This document shows, piece after piece, positions 27,520 through 40,871 of a DNA stretch of 64,000 nt. The notes below the pieces were generated by a model, which did no database searches, was not told the DNA's origin, and saw only the letters and a list, made by a program, of their open reading frames with translations. A program made the translations under genes and the position numbers. The stretch is taken from the NCBI GenBank assembly GCA_000320545.1, contig ADNK01001995.1:1-64000 (forward strand), read 5' to 3'. Every line of letters begins with the position of its first letter. Position 1 is the stretch's first letter. Origin of the DNA: Bigelowiella natans CCMP2755 (taxonomy: Eukaryota; Protista; Cercozoa).

Positions 27520-29941
27520 GAAGAAAAACCCAAATAGAAGTTCGATGTGCGTAACACGTTGCCGGATGGATGAACCCGCGACTCCACGATCAAACGCAGA
27601 GATTCACTCTCCCCCACAAACAAATTACAGGAGGGCCCTTATCCGGTGCGATTGCACAAAAAGCGTCGTTCTGCGAATCTTAAAATCGGGCATCACGATA
27701 AGTAATAATAATAGCTATCATTGACGATTGGTTATGAGGACACTTGCCTCTCCTCTGCCTCAGAGTTGAAGTGAGGCCAGACTCAATCGTTTAAAACTGA
27801 ATCATAGTTTTGCAACGTTACTTTATAGAATGCATCGTAGGTTGCCTACCTGTAGTCCTTTAATCTCTGAACAACTTCATTTCTCTATTCTTCCTAGCTA
27901 CGACATCGTGTCCGGCTCATTTCCGGGATCAGCGTGCTGCAATACGGTATTATGTGTATGCACCACAAAGACACCGAAGAACGGCCAACAACTAGCGCTC
28001 GAACACACGTTCACACATTTGAACAGCATAATCATGGCGCTTTTTAAAGACTGCGCGTGGATCCTGCTTGATGCTTCCTATTTTCAACTACCATTATTTC
28101 GTTTTTATTCGAGTCATCCGGCCTTTGCAGTTCCCTCCCGCCCTCCTCATCTTTTCTCTTTTCCATCCTCCTCAAGGTCTTGGAACAAACACGAGCCTAT
28201 TTTGAAGTCACAGTGCTCAAGGTTGGTAGCCATGGCGCGGTAGCGGCAGTTTTATCTTTCTTCAAACATATGTGATACGCGCTTTGCCAGAAGTATAAAT
28301 CCCTAGGTGTGATCTCACACTCATTAATGAAATTACTTAACGTATTAGGAAGGCGTATTCTGCATTGGAGTGGCCAACAAGAAGTGTGTTTAGAAGTAGA
28401 AGGGATACTGTCTCGGCACTCCCATTTTTAGAAATTAAATTGACATGAAAACCACCGTCGCATTGAATTAACTGCTGCACTTCTACACTCCTCGTGGCGT
28501 CTCATGCTGCGCTGGGTGCTTGAGTGATATCAATTTTCATCATCCTTCTCGATATATATATTCCTTAAGCTGGCCATCTTCCGCTTCTATTGTTGTCGCT
28601 TTCGTTGATTCCCAAAGGTTTAAAGAATTTGATGCATTCTTGACGAACGCAACGGATAAGACCATTAAGAACAGGGTCAGTGGTAGATGTAAGTAGATAC
28701 TACACGATGGCGCGGCGGGGGTTGGGGCGGGGGGATAGAAGGAGAGAGTAGGGCGAAAAGCAAATGGAGCTGAAGTGCTAGGTCGTAGGAGATCAGAAGT
28801 ACCACTGGCGATAGATACTTGTTTATTGCTGGCTCTGTTACAAAGAATGCTCACGCAAAAGAGGCAGCAGGGAGAAAGAGCAGTTGAGGACGGCACTTCT
28901 GCCCCTCCTCCTTATCCCCCTCCTACTCCTCCTAATCATCATCATTATCCTCTCAGGAAGTGAAAGATAAGAGTCGGAATTCATGGGGGTATATGTGCTC
29001 GGAAGCCAAAAAGGTCGTCTTTCTTCTTATGCCTTATCCGTTGGAATGATACTCGTGGGGTACCTTCTTGCGATATAGTGTTACTCCTACCTCACCCCCT
29101 CTCCCTGTATTCCCTTTATTTCTCATCGTGCTTTAGGATGATGTGATAGGATGCTCTTACGACCTGAATGACGTCAAATCAGTTTTGAGGTAAGGACGCC
29201 ATTTTGCATTTCGGTAAACTTTAGATTTGTCAAATAGCAAGTTTTGGTATCGTCCACCATATACCATGATGATGATGATGATGATGATGATGAAGAAGTA
29301 CAATAATAGTACAATGGTAGTTGCGATGATGATGATGACGCGGAGGAGGAGGGTGATGATGATAATAGTAATAGTAGCGATGATGATGATGATGAGATGC
29401 TGTATAATTTGCTCAGATTTTACAAGAACGGAAAGGGTATCCGGTCGGCGGAAGTGGTGAGTTGATGATAAGATTGCTCCCTGCCTCCTGTCTCAGGGAG
29501 ATGTATTTTTCCTATTCCGTTTCCCCCCTCCTCTCCTCCTCTCTGTAGTTTCGTTTACTTCCTTCCCCCCCCCCCCCCCTTCTTCTCAAACATAATTTGC
29601 TGCTGGGAATGATAATGCTCCAGGTCGGTGTGACTGGTGACGTGACTGCCGCCATAAGTGTGAGTGGCGATTGCGAGCTCAAAATCAATTGGGGAGGTAC
29701 GTGGATCATGTTTCAGATAGGAGAGGAAATGTGTGTTCGTCCTATCAAAATTTGCACCCGTTTCCCACAATCTAAGTACATGATTCACACTCCCACTTTA
29801 CAGCTCTACTCTTTCTCCTTTCCACTGACTGAAGTGGGTGATTATTCTTTGTTCGTCTTATAAATCGGCCATACAGGGGAGCCTCAACAGCATAGACCGG
29901 CTAAGTTTGAGCCTGTAGTTGCTTCAATGAGCGTTATTTGA
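27072..29941 (+). CDS. SPRYD7: SPRY-domain protein, SPRYD7-like, many micro-exons
   Basis: MGALCPCFST...GSACCNT|VLEQTRAYFEVTVLK|EGVFCIGVANK...DDVIGCSYDL...FYKNGK...GDVTAAISVSGDCELKINWG...HRPAKFEPVVASMSVI*. Confidence 0.75.
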
Positions 29942-30204
29942 GGTGCTCAGTTTATTTTCCATATTCTGATGTGTCTAGCTACAACGACTATCTGTACACT
30001 CTAGAAAACGTAACATGGCTGTAATAGCACGTGTATATTGTTCTTCGTGCCCTTCCAAATTTACCCCATTCAAAGTATTGGCAGCGTTCCACATGGGCAT
30101 ATAATTACCATGATGTGCACGTGTTGCATGCAATACAAGCTAATTATGGTCTATTACATTAGATGTGCATATGTGGGCACGCAGACAAGCTTATTGATTA
30201 TAGT

Positions 30205-31208
30205 GTGTTGTGTCGTGTCAGATGCACAGCAACACCAGCATGCACGCGCGCATGTAACATCAGTCACATCTAGCATGCGCCACAGTCATGCGATGCGCTG
30301 CCACACACTAGCTAGCTAGCCAGCTAGGCTAGGGCACACACACACGCATCATCGTGTCGCGTGTCAATGCAATGCTAGAACACGTGGCCTGCATGCATGC
30401 ACGTACTCCCTGTCGAGCTATGGACCCATGCGAGCGCCGCAACATCTGTCTAGATCGACATGCATGCAGCGCAGCTAGGTAGCACGTGCTAGTGTGCGCA
30501 CGGAAGCTGCACATGCTAGCATGCTAACATGATCGATGTGACCGCTGTCTAGCTGTGCATGTGCGTGCGACGTCCATGACACTTGCATTGTTCATTGCGT
30601 GTGTGCGCATTCCATCGCACGCCACGCACTGCTGCAACATTCCCCGCGCGTGCACACGTGAAGTGCGCACGCGTCACAGTTGCTCCAATGATGTGTCGTG
30701 CGATGCAGGATGTCCGGATGCACGTTCACACAATCTGGACATCTAGACATGCAAAAGCAAACAGTGCAAGCTAGACCTACCTAGCTACGGATGGTGTGAT
30801 GTCAACATCCACGCATCGCAGAACGATGCCAACAAAGTCGCATTCTCATGCACTAGCTCGATCACATTGACTAGTTGGCGCCATGCCAGCATGCCAGCAT
30901 GCATGACAATGACCTTGCTGTTTGCAACACACAAAACCCACATCGCATGAAAAAGAGCTAAGAATGGATGAGTGCCGTGTTTCCAATGGTGCTGTGAGGG
31001 TGATTGGAAGTGCTAAGATCCACCTGAACCAACAAAATCACCAAGGAAAATGATGGGAGAAGGCAATGCATCGTGGATGGATTTTCTGTGTTGAATTTCA
31101 GGGTGGGGGGGAATTGGCGTGCTGATTTCTCGAGCGCGAAAACATGATTCAATCTCACCCTTCTGTTTCGAAAATGGTGCACTGAAAGAACAATCCAAAA
31201 AAATGTCC
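30205..31208. other. TpA-depleted, CTAG-retaining hypermutated tract 1
   Basis: Hand count: about 26 TpA in ~1 kb, of which 17 CTAG, 7 CTA/TAG half-context and 2 other. TpA returns abruptly at 31210 (6 in the next ~42 bp). Confidence 0.9.
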
Positions 31209-31500
31209 ATAAAATAAGCCGAAAACATCGTAAAAAATAGAGGATAAAATAATCAGTTTGGAGCTACGGATTTTAATCGCCACTGTGCAATGAGCTATTA
31301 GAGGTATCCGAAGCGAACGATGCACGAAGGCGCTCACTAGCTAACAAAAAGTAAACGCGTGGATGAGGACCTGATGATGATGATGACAATGATGATGATG
31401 ATGACAATGATGATGATGATGATAACGACGACATCGACGGCGACAAACGATGGCATCACGTGCTTACTGCTTCTACTGAACCTTTTAGCTTCGAGACACT

Positions 31501-32708
31501 ATGGGTAGCAAATACAGTACAGCACCTCGGATTTCCTCTTGGAAATACGATGCCGCTAATTCGGAGTGGATAGTACACAAATCAAAAAAGAGGAAGGAGG
31601 AAAAAAAACTGGTCCTTAATGATGAATTCACCGTGCTGACGTACAACATATGGTTCGGCCGAGTGGAGCCGAAAGAGCGGTTTAAAGAAATTGGCGCAAT
31701 GGTTGGGAAGTACGACCCGGATGTTGTCATGTTCCAGGTATTATCACTTCGCAGATGGCCGCGACGTACAAGAAATTGCTCCCTTAACCGAAATCTTCAC
31801 ATCCTTTGTTTACTCTTTAAAAACTGAACGATGTCTTGTTAGAATCGAGAACTAAAATTGTGCTTTGCACGTTGTTTCCTATAAAGGAGGTGGAGAGCTG
31901 GATCATCAAATTGTTCCTTGCGCAGGAATGGGCTAAGCAGTACTACATTACTGATCCCGATGGGCGAACCATCGAGCGGTATGGAGTCATGATGTTCTCA
32001 AAAGTGCCCTTCTCAGAGGTGATTAACTATCCTTTTCCGGCGTCAAAGCTGGGGAGAAAGATGCTAATGGCAACAATCCCCACATCCTCTGGCCCGCCCC
32101 TCCTCGTTGGTACCTTCCACCTCGACAGTTTCCCCAATATGAAGGCTGAGCGCAAGTCCGAAGTTGAGGACATGTGCGAGCTAGCGATGCCATTCAAGCG
32201 TGTGCTTTGTGCGGGCGACACCAATTTTATAGGTATCTGTTACCTTAGTTAGCGACACTGAATATAGTATATGTCTCTTGCGGTGATATACGCGTGGCAC
32301 GGCGGAATCTCGTGATTTAGCGAGAGTGCTTAGAGCGAGGATAGAGGGGGAGAGATGTAGGGCAAACCTGTCGTCTTTCCATCTTTAAACCGTGCGAACA
32401 ATTAATTAGCGGACGAAGAGAAGCAAAACCTCGATAAAGGGAAGTTCCTCGACGTTTGGGAGACTTTAAAGCCAGATGAGCATGGAGCAACGTTCAGCAC
32501 AAAGGACAACCTGATGACCCGAAAAAGTGCAGAGGGTCTCTATGAAGCTCACAATCGTATCGACCGGATGTGGTACACTCAAGGAACAATGAAGCCGTTA
32601 GATATAACGCTGATCGGAACAAAAGCCATCCGAAACGATGAGTCTTCACCCCTCTGGCCTTCGGATCATTATGGCCTTGTTTCAAAGTTAAAATTTGCTA
32701 AAATGTAG
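31501..32708 (+). CDS. TDP2: Tyrosyl-DNA phosphodiesterase 2-like EEP-family phosphodiesterase, 3 exons
   Basis: VLTYNIWF, DPDVVMFQ|EV, SKLGRKML, GTFHLDS, AGDTNF, DVWETL, RIDRMW, WPSDHYGL. Confidence 0.8.
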
Positions 32709-33618
32709 TCGTTGGCATGGGTCGTTCACATCAGCACCTTATGCGGTTAAACGTTCACGAAAAGGATGAATGCCACACCATTCAACATGAAGGCCATACT
32801 TTATTCATAAAATAACGTGTGAGCTGATTTGATATCTTCATGTTTTGCGTGCTGTGTTTTGGCTCGAAGCTATTGCGCGTAAGCGACCACCCTGTATGCA
32901 GGGCATGTATGCATATGCAAACAGGATGCGCGCAATGATTCTGACCAATCCACGATCATGACATACCAACCGCCTACTGCGCTTGCATACGCATAAATCA
33001 GATAAATTGCACATTATCGAGCAAGCCGATCATTGTCATAAAATAAGCACAGACATAAGCGAGCCAGTGTTCGGTTAATATATTTTATTTGTAATATATT
33101 GAAAGCATAATATTTCTCTCAGAATCCTTGGATTTAGCGGATTGCGAGCAAAAGATTTCTCAAAGTCGGTTGTTGGAGCATGGAATGGGAACCATAGACT
33201 TTGCCTCCAAATGATTACAGAGAATATATCCTATGTGATTTTTCCTAACTTAGGATAATTAATGTGGTGTATTCTCACTCACTGCTTGAGCAGGGAGACC
33301 ATGAAATACCACGTCTAATGATTGCTATATTGCTGGGAAATTGAAACATCACAATATCGATGAAGAACAGCTAGTGAAATTTTAATCAAAAAGACAATTA
33401 ATTGCTCCCCTCGTCCTTTCATATCCTGAAATTTGTAATTTTCTAATTCCAGGAAAGCTCGGATATTGCACAAAGACCCTAGCTATATTGTTGTTCTTCT
33501 CTATATATTCTACATTATATGATGAATGTGAGAATCAACTTGCTCTAGAAACAATGCGACTCTTTTAATTGCTTAGAGTCGCCGTAGTGATACTCACGGA
33601 TGAATTCCATGGCTTTCC

Positions 33619-34608
33619 TCACTTGAATGCACTTTGTGGAGGTCCCTTCGATCCATCAGGAAGGTTGATTTTCTTTCCCTTCTTCACCAGTACAATTTTA
33701 TCGAAGCGGAACATGTCATCGCGGTTCCAGACGTTGAGAATATGGTTGCCCTTTTTTAGTACCATCCGCGCAGGACTCGAGAATTCGTCCTTACGCTCCT
33801 TCTCCCAAATCCAGTGTTTGTAAGGGCGGAATCCCGACATGTTTGAGCCATTATCAGCTATCTTTCCGTTGAATCCGACGTGAACCCCGTTTGATTCTCC
33901 CCCAATCGCATATCCACGAACGTAGACGATATACGTTCCTGGATTTGTGATTTTGATTCTGTAGTCAAGTCGGGCTCCAGAATTGTCCCGGGGGGACCTT
34001 GGACCCTTAGCGCTTTCCGGTCGCTCGTCAGGGAGGACATTCATGAATCCATTTCCGGTGAATCCCTTCTTATCTTTCTTGTATACCCATCGGTGCACTT
34101 TCTTGTATAGTTTGTACGTGGACTTCTTGCTTGCATGCCAGTTCTCAGCTTCGAAGCAAAGCACGCCGTTTTTCTCTCTGAATCGCTTGTTGCTTTTCTT
34201 TTGGGCTGCGGTCATCTGCTGGAGCTCTGGGACCGGGATAGGTTTTCCTAATTACGATAATGAATGGTGCTTAGCTAATAATGATGAGATGATATTCAAG
34301 ACTACTAACACTACTAAGTTGATAGTAGAGGTCACAGATACTCAACGGTGGATTACGCAAAATACGACTTTGTTTTTGAAATGTGCAAGTGCCACCAGAA
34401 GTTGCATTTCGCTACCAGTCTCGTAGTCGATGTCGAAGGATATAATCTGATGGTCTTCATAGTCTTCAGGCAACTCATCGACTCCATACACGTAAGTCAT
34501 GTTGAGTGAAGCATCCACTGCCACCTCTTTATCAGGAACAGCAGTTTTATTCTTCAAGTCAAACGCACAGGCAGATTGCAGAAGGGCCAGGACGAGGAAT
34601 ACGCGCAT
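33619..34608 (-). CDS. Secreted protein with a bacterial-type beta-sandwich carbohydrate-binding-like domain (GH115 C-terminal/CBM-like); intron 34248-34415
   Basis: Signal peptide MRVFLVLALLQSACA. FREKNGVLCFEAE...GFTGNGFM...ARLDYRIKITNPGTYIVYVRG...NGVHVGFNG...KGNHILNVWNRDDMFRFDKIVL. The splice DYETG|KPIPV preserves frame. Confidence 0.75.
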
Positions 34609-34769
34609 GATTATTCAAGGAGCAGTTGAGGGGGATTAAAGATTCTGAGTGTGGTCGTTTGAGATGTGTGGAAGATGTTGTGCTTTAGAATGATGCATGG
34701 AGAAATATTAGTCATCCCCAGGAAACGCTGACTGCCGCTCGCGTGTTTGTACGCGTGCGCGCAGCTACG

Positions 34770-35962
34770 TGGACTGCGCGACGGTCAATCTGCAGCAAAA
34801 TTGCATTCGGCGGAGCTGAGAATCATGTCTGAGGTGTCATGCATCGCACGCTTTGCACGTGCTCAATGATGCTTGATAGGTATCTGACTCTTTCAGGCCT
34901 GGACAACGGCTCTCCTGTCAATTTCGTTGGTATTCCTCCAAGTTTTCTGCATGGCCATGTGGCTCGCTCATTGGCGGTCGTGGGAATGTCGCCGGGGCCA
35001 GGTCGACAGGGTTTCTTGGGCAGCAGCAGTCCGAACGAGAGCAGGGAAGGTCTGAAAAGCTCGCTCGCTCGGGTGGCTCATCACGTGGCTCAAAAAAAGT
35101 CTCCGCATTTTCAGTCACGTGCTCTGAACCAACTGTGCAAGCAATTCTCAGGAGAGAAAAAGGTCTCTCATTATTCATGCCCGTGGCAATGATGGATGCC
35201 CGTCGTTCGTTCGTTGTTCCTTGCATTAATTGTTTTCAGACAATGTCGTTGTCGCTCATCCTAATTTTCAGGCCGTTTCGCTAAGGAAGCGCAAAATGTG
35301 CTCCTGACATGCACGAAATCCTAGAAGGAACAATGTTTCGAAAATCCATGCCGTTTTGCACACTGCGCGAGTTGTGTGATGTTTCGGCACCATCAATCGG
35401 CATCCATGCCAATTTCATCCCTTGTTCCGTCTCCGGCATTTCAGATGAGTGGCCATGGTGTTCTCATCCCTTCACGCAGCCTTGGAGTGTGCCTCTGATG
35501 GGTTGCAGCTGATTTTTTGTGTCTCTTCACCTACAGGGTGCTGACAAGTCCTTGCAACGAGTGTTGTTGAGGCTCTGCTGCGTGCAAATGCCTGTCTCCC
35601 ATGTGGTTCTGGCGCGTGTAGTTTTTGATCAACGCTTTGTTCATTGTTCATTGTTCATTGTTCGAAATTTTTGTCGTTTGCATGCAGCGGCATCGGTGCC
35701 TCGGTAGTTTCTGAACCATCGAGCTCGGCAGTTTCGATTCTTCCTTCCCTCTGCGACTCGTGCAACATCGGTGTGTTGAGATCTTTCACTGGAACAGATG
35801 AAATGATCAAATTCACATTCGTAGAACATGTGAGCAATGGCCTCCGCAACGAACAGACACGCACAACTTCCTCGATCAAGGGCTGTCCAGGTGTGCCACC
35901 TAGCCACAGCCAAAGCACCTGTTTGCCGCTGCCGTGGTCATCACATGGCAATTGAATGAACA

Positions 35963-36004
<42 letters not shown>

Positions 36005-36310
36005 CTGCACAACAATGGGACACTCTAACACTCATGGACTTGCATGTCTGTGCACCAGTTGTGGATGCCATTCCCTAGTTGCATTTCCCACTCTTTCATT
36101 CACGTGACAACAGCTTTGTGTTCACATGCATGCGTGGCAGCAGCGCAGCCGCCACATCTGCAGACAAAGTGGATTTGTAGTGGCTAAACGATTGGTGCAT
36201 GCACAATTTGAGAAGAAACGCCACAATGTCTGTGTGCTTGAGCTTGGCATGAAGCTGCCTGCGCGTGCACATGTCTGTGCAAATTCTCGAATCTCCCCAT
36301 CTAAGTTCTG
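34770..36310. other. TpA-depleted hypermutated tract 2, probably containing a decayed gene or element
   Basis: Core 35281-36310 has 12 TpA by hand count, all in CTA or TAG context (3 CTAG). The left edge is only partially depleted. Confidence 0.9.
35559..35660 (+). repeat. ~100 bp dispersed repeat, copy A, ending in (TTCATTG)3
   Basis: Near-identical (about 6 differences) to the reverse complement of 50795-50895. Confidence 0.9.
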
Positions 36311-36532
36311 CATCGTTTCACTACTGTAACTAACATTTGTAATGATGTCATTTCATATCTGTAAATGTTGTTTGCTTAATCCTAATGTTGCAGTTGTTAC
36401 ATGGTTTTGGGAAGAATTTCCTCCATTGGGTAGGCCATAACTACTCTGCAGGAAGCCCACCGTACTTCTTCATTTCTTCCATTAATCTCAGTCTTTGTTA
36501 AGTGCGTTACTCTACATAATGAGGTGTCTATT

Positions 36533-37241
36533 TCATAATTCATCTCTTCCAGCTGCAAAGCCTTCGTTATCGGTAGTCTCATGTTTGACCTCAAGATCTT
36601 GCTTAGGCCTCTGCTGCTGATTTTTGGAATACGATGTCAGAATAACAATAAAATATTTTCTGCAAAAATGCCGATCTTTATGGGATCGTACTACCGTTTC
36701 TGCTCTCTGTTCTCCCATGTCCTCTTCGTCCTTCGCTGTTGCCCTTCCTGCCTTGGTCTTTTTCGCCTCTTCTACTGAGTGGCGGGCTTGGCCGGATGTT
36801 ACTTTCCATTCATTATCTCTTTCCCCCAAGTATGTTTCAAATATGTTGTGTGTCTTCTCCGGGTCAATCTCCCCCGTCATTGGCGACCGCTGGAATCGAT
36901 GAAAAGATACCTGACCGCAATGCCATCTGTTGCATCTTTCAAATCATCCCTTCGCGCGAACATACACACATGCATACATTGTGCACACGTCGTATTACCG
37001 ATGCGTAGTGCGCCAGTGCCGCTCGGTGGTAATTATTGGGCTCGGATTGATGAAAGCCACTTTCGTGGTGGGCAGGGATGCCTAGGTACTACGAAGATAA
37101 CAGGAAAGGAAAATGGAGGAGGAGGAGGAGGAGAAAGGAGGAGGAGCAAGTCTTTATGTGATGCATGGATATACTACTAAAAGCTTCTTCCCATATAATG
37201 GTGGTGGTGATGATGATGATGATGATGATGATATAGGACTG

Positions 37242-37283
<42 letters not shown>

Positions 37284-37424
37284 AACTCCGCTTACCTTCA
37301 TCCACAAACCCAGTTGCATGTCGTCCGGGGTGTCGGGGTAGGGGCACACGCACCGAAGGCACTTGTTGCGCATTAGGATCTGGAGAGAGAGAGAGAGAGA
37401 GAGAATAATAAGAAGAGATAGATA

Positions 37425-37459
<35 letters not shown>

Positions 37460-38824
37460 GCGTAGGAATACCAAAAAAAGTAACAATGGAAATTTTATTC
37501 TCTCGAGGGGCTTTGACATCATCGTCGTCAAGACGCAACTTACCGCCTGGGTTGAGAGCACAAGTCCGCCCCCCATGGTAATGTAATCATACCCCCGCCC
37601 CTCACTTGCACGGTGGGCATATCCATACCTGGCGCACGTAGTAAGAATACACGTGAACGATGTAACAGGGCAACAAAAGAGGCGGGGGAAAATAGTAGTG
37701 GAATTATATTAGCGCTTGTTCTATAAGATGATGGGTGTATACTGCAGCAGCTGGAGGCTAAAGTCTTATCGTCCTTTCACTATAAGCTATTATGCAAAGA
37801 GGATTGATCAAGCCCTCTCGAGGCCCATCCTCATTCCCTGTTATCATCCTCGGAAAGGCACCTTTCACCGATGTAAAGCGGCTGCGAGATGTCGTACGAT
37901 TCCAAGACATTCATCAGACCCCTGCAGCACACACAACTTCCACCATCATTCGAACGACAGAAAATATGATGACGCAAGGATGTGCACAGAAAAAGACGAT
38001 TTGGGCGAGTATCGACTCTCTACATGGACACGCGCGCCCGGAAGGTGAGGCAGCGACAGTGGGAGGAGCATATCAGACACCATTCTTCCCATTCTCTTGG
38101 GCAACCACTATATCATCATTATCCTTCCCATTCTCTTGGGCAACTACTATCATCATTATCCTCACCACTGTTGTATCATCACACATTAACCTCCTCCTCC
38201 TCCTCCTCATCATCATCATCATCATTCTACATTCTCAAACCCCACCCTCATTCACAATTAGGGTGCAAACCGGACTGATAGAAGCGTATCGTCGTCCACG
38301 ATCACCAGCACCTTCCTGCTCTCAGAGTAGTACTTGATGAAATACCTTAAAAAATATCCAATGCCCATACCGGCGAGGGGCAGAAAAGGGAGGGGGACAA
38401 GTAAGGTTTTACGTATCAAGCAGATTGCTGATATTTTGATGAGAAGTGTGAGAGAGGTTACTGCCACCACATTTAACCCCCCCCCCCCCCCTCTTCCCCT
38501 CTTGGTCGTTCACTCCCTATTCTGCTATGCTTCCTTCCATAGAGCGACTTTAGAATGGAGTCAGTTTTTGCGCAGTGGCCTTGCTTTTGATTGATTTCGA
38601 TGCCATAGAGCTTCGTCAGGTCGACTACGTTAGGTACAAGAGTACATAGATGAATATGTATCAATTATGTATCTCAATATGATGTGTGTGCGTGTTTATC
38701 TTTGTGTATGTTCACACACAACACACACTCGCGCAGTTCGGTGGGGAGGGGGAGAAGCTTATCGACCTCAACGCAACACCCTCCCCGCCATGACAGAAGA
38801 TAATAAGAATCACTGGTTTGGCTG

Positions 38825-38866
<42 letters not shown>

Positions 38867-39405
38867 CCCCCCCCCTCTCCCTCACGCTGCTTCAAGCTAT
38901 AACCGGTGCGGATGCCAGGTTCGGTGAGAGAGTGGTCTATCTCCTGATGTGCGTCGTCGCTTAAGTACACGACCTCCACGGGGGAGTCCTGTGCCCAGAG
39001 TGAGAAGATGAGAGGTAACCGAGACGTGTGGAACGACCTCGTCGTCTTCACAGCGATCAGAACATCCGAGGGAGAGACTTTCCTCTCGAATGACTCCGAT
39101 GAAGATGACGATGATAGCCCCGCCGCCGCCGCCGCCTCGGCGCGAAAATCGCCACGGTTTACGGGCGAAGTGATGCAGTGTTGGAGCAGAGGTGGAGGGA
39201 GATCAGAGCGGGGGGAGGAGGAGGAGGAGGAGGAGGAGGAGGAGGAGGAGGAGGGGGGAAGTGAAGAGGGGCTAGAGTGAGGGTGTTTGAGGAGGCTATC
39301 CTTGTCGTCCTCAGTTACGGTTGATGAAGGAGGAGGAGGCACATGAGCGTCTCGAATACAGAAGCGAGGATGGTGCTCCAGCTGAGCCTGGTCCAGCATT
39401 TAACA

Positions 39406-39443
<38 letters not shown>

Positions 39444-39455
39444 ATTTAAATATTT

Positions 39456-39496
<41 letters not shown>

Positions 39497-40086
39497 CGTG
39501 CGCGTTCACGCACGTTTACTATTCGCTTCTGATATTCGCTGCTATTCTCAGAGGAAAACCACCTGCAGCCTAGTCGAGAGGAACACCGCGAGTTCGTGCC
39601 CAACATCAATTTGGAAGTCACTGCCGAGTCTGTGGGTCTTCAGGTAGGCCACGATTTTAGTCAGAAGACCGCTACTCATTACAAATCCGCTCGGAAGAAA
39701 AGGATATTGCACCCCTGCAATTCAATCAACGATAGACGGGAGGAGGAAGAGGAGGAAGAGGAGGAAGAGGATTGAGAGGAGGAACGCGAAGAGAACGACG
39801 CAGATTGCTTAGGATGATAGCAAGGCGACCGAAAGCATCTATTCAGAACATCAAGCCTTTATTTTTGATTCAACGCGGTTTATCACCGCCGACACCCCCC
39901 CCCCATCGTTTCCTTCTTCCTCTCATCGGCACCGAGTTTGTAATGGTGCGTGATAGAGGGCTCGGTATCCTTGAGCAGATGGCCGATAAAATGGGGCGCG
40001 GCGGCATCACGCGATGCGAGCAACTCGGATGAAAGGGAAGACACATTAACCTGAGAAATGAAGCATTGTGATATATTTATGTATAT

Positions 40087-40165
<79 letters not shown>

Positions 40166-40353
40166 AGAGAGACTTTAGCGGCGTCCGGTAATTAGTTGTT
40201 GTTTGATAGGTTATCCGAACCCTTGATTCTGGCTCCAGAAAAAGGTACCACTGTGCCGTTGTGTCTAACTCTGATATCGGTGCGAACCACGGCAGAAAAG
40301 TCCAGAAACTAGCATATATATAACAGATAGACAGGGGTGGGACGAATGGAGCG

Positions 40354-40408
<55 letters not shown>

Positions 40409-40871
40409 TACATACATATTTATAGGGTTACCACCGCTGCCGACAACAATCACAACCTCGTCGCTTGTAAGTGTATTCAATCTCCCCTAGCTTCCCCTTC
40501 CCCTGTGTCTCCATCACACCTTGAATTGTCTACAAAGTCGGTGAGGCGTTTTATCCGCGACGGCTGCATGCCTTGCTCCCTTAGGTGCACAAGCTGCGCA
40601 GTCACGAGTGCATTGTCGGTAGGTGTATCCTGGTCTCGAATTAGAATCACTAGATGATCGGGGACGAGACCTTGTTCGGATAGGAGAACACACACACACA
40701 TACACACACGCACGCACGCACGCACGTACACATTGTTGCGCGAATGAAGACACTGGAAGTTCTCTTGTTGCTCTCTCATAACTCTTCGTAACCTGCGTTT
40801 GGCGCTCCAGTAGCTCTGCAGATAGCACAATGATCCAAACGGAGGAGAAGAACTAACAGCAACCCAGCCAT
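36533..40871 (-). CDS. Fringe-like GT31 glycosyltransferase (B3GLCT-like) with signal peptide and ER-retention RDEL
   Basis: MAGLLLVLLL leader; DVLIAVKTTRSFHTSRLPLI, GHCAKT, VIVDDDTLLS (DxD), YDYITMGGGLVLS, CPYPDTPDDMQLG, FHQSEPNNY, SFHRF; C-terminus AGRDEL*. Confidence 0.85.

Noticed and set aside
30205-31208. Ordinary CpG-methylation decay or classical RIP as the cause of the TG/CA-rich tracts
   Set aside because: CpG is abundant in the tracts and TpA is the missing dinucleotide. RIP and 5mC decay would raise TpA or remove CpG, and neither explains CTAG sparing.
35559-35660. Dispersed repeat as a tRNA, snRNA or spliced-leader RNA gene
   Set aside because: No cloverleaf or recognisable snRNA motif beyond a weak Sm-like T-run; cannot be supported without a covariance-model search.
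38080-38165. ~40-bp tandem duplication in an intron
   Set aside because: Local slippage duplication with no sign of function.
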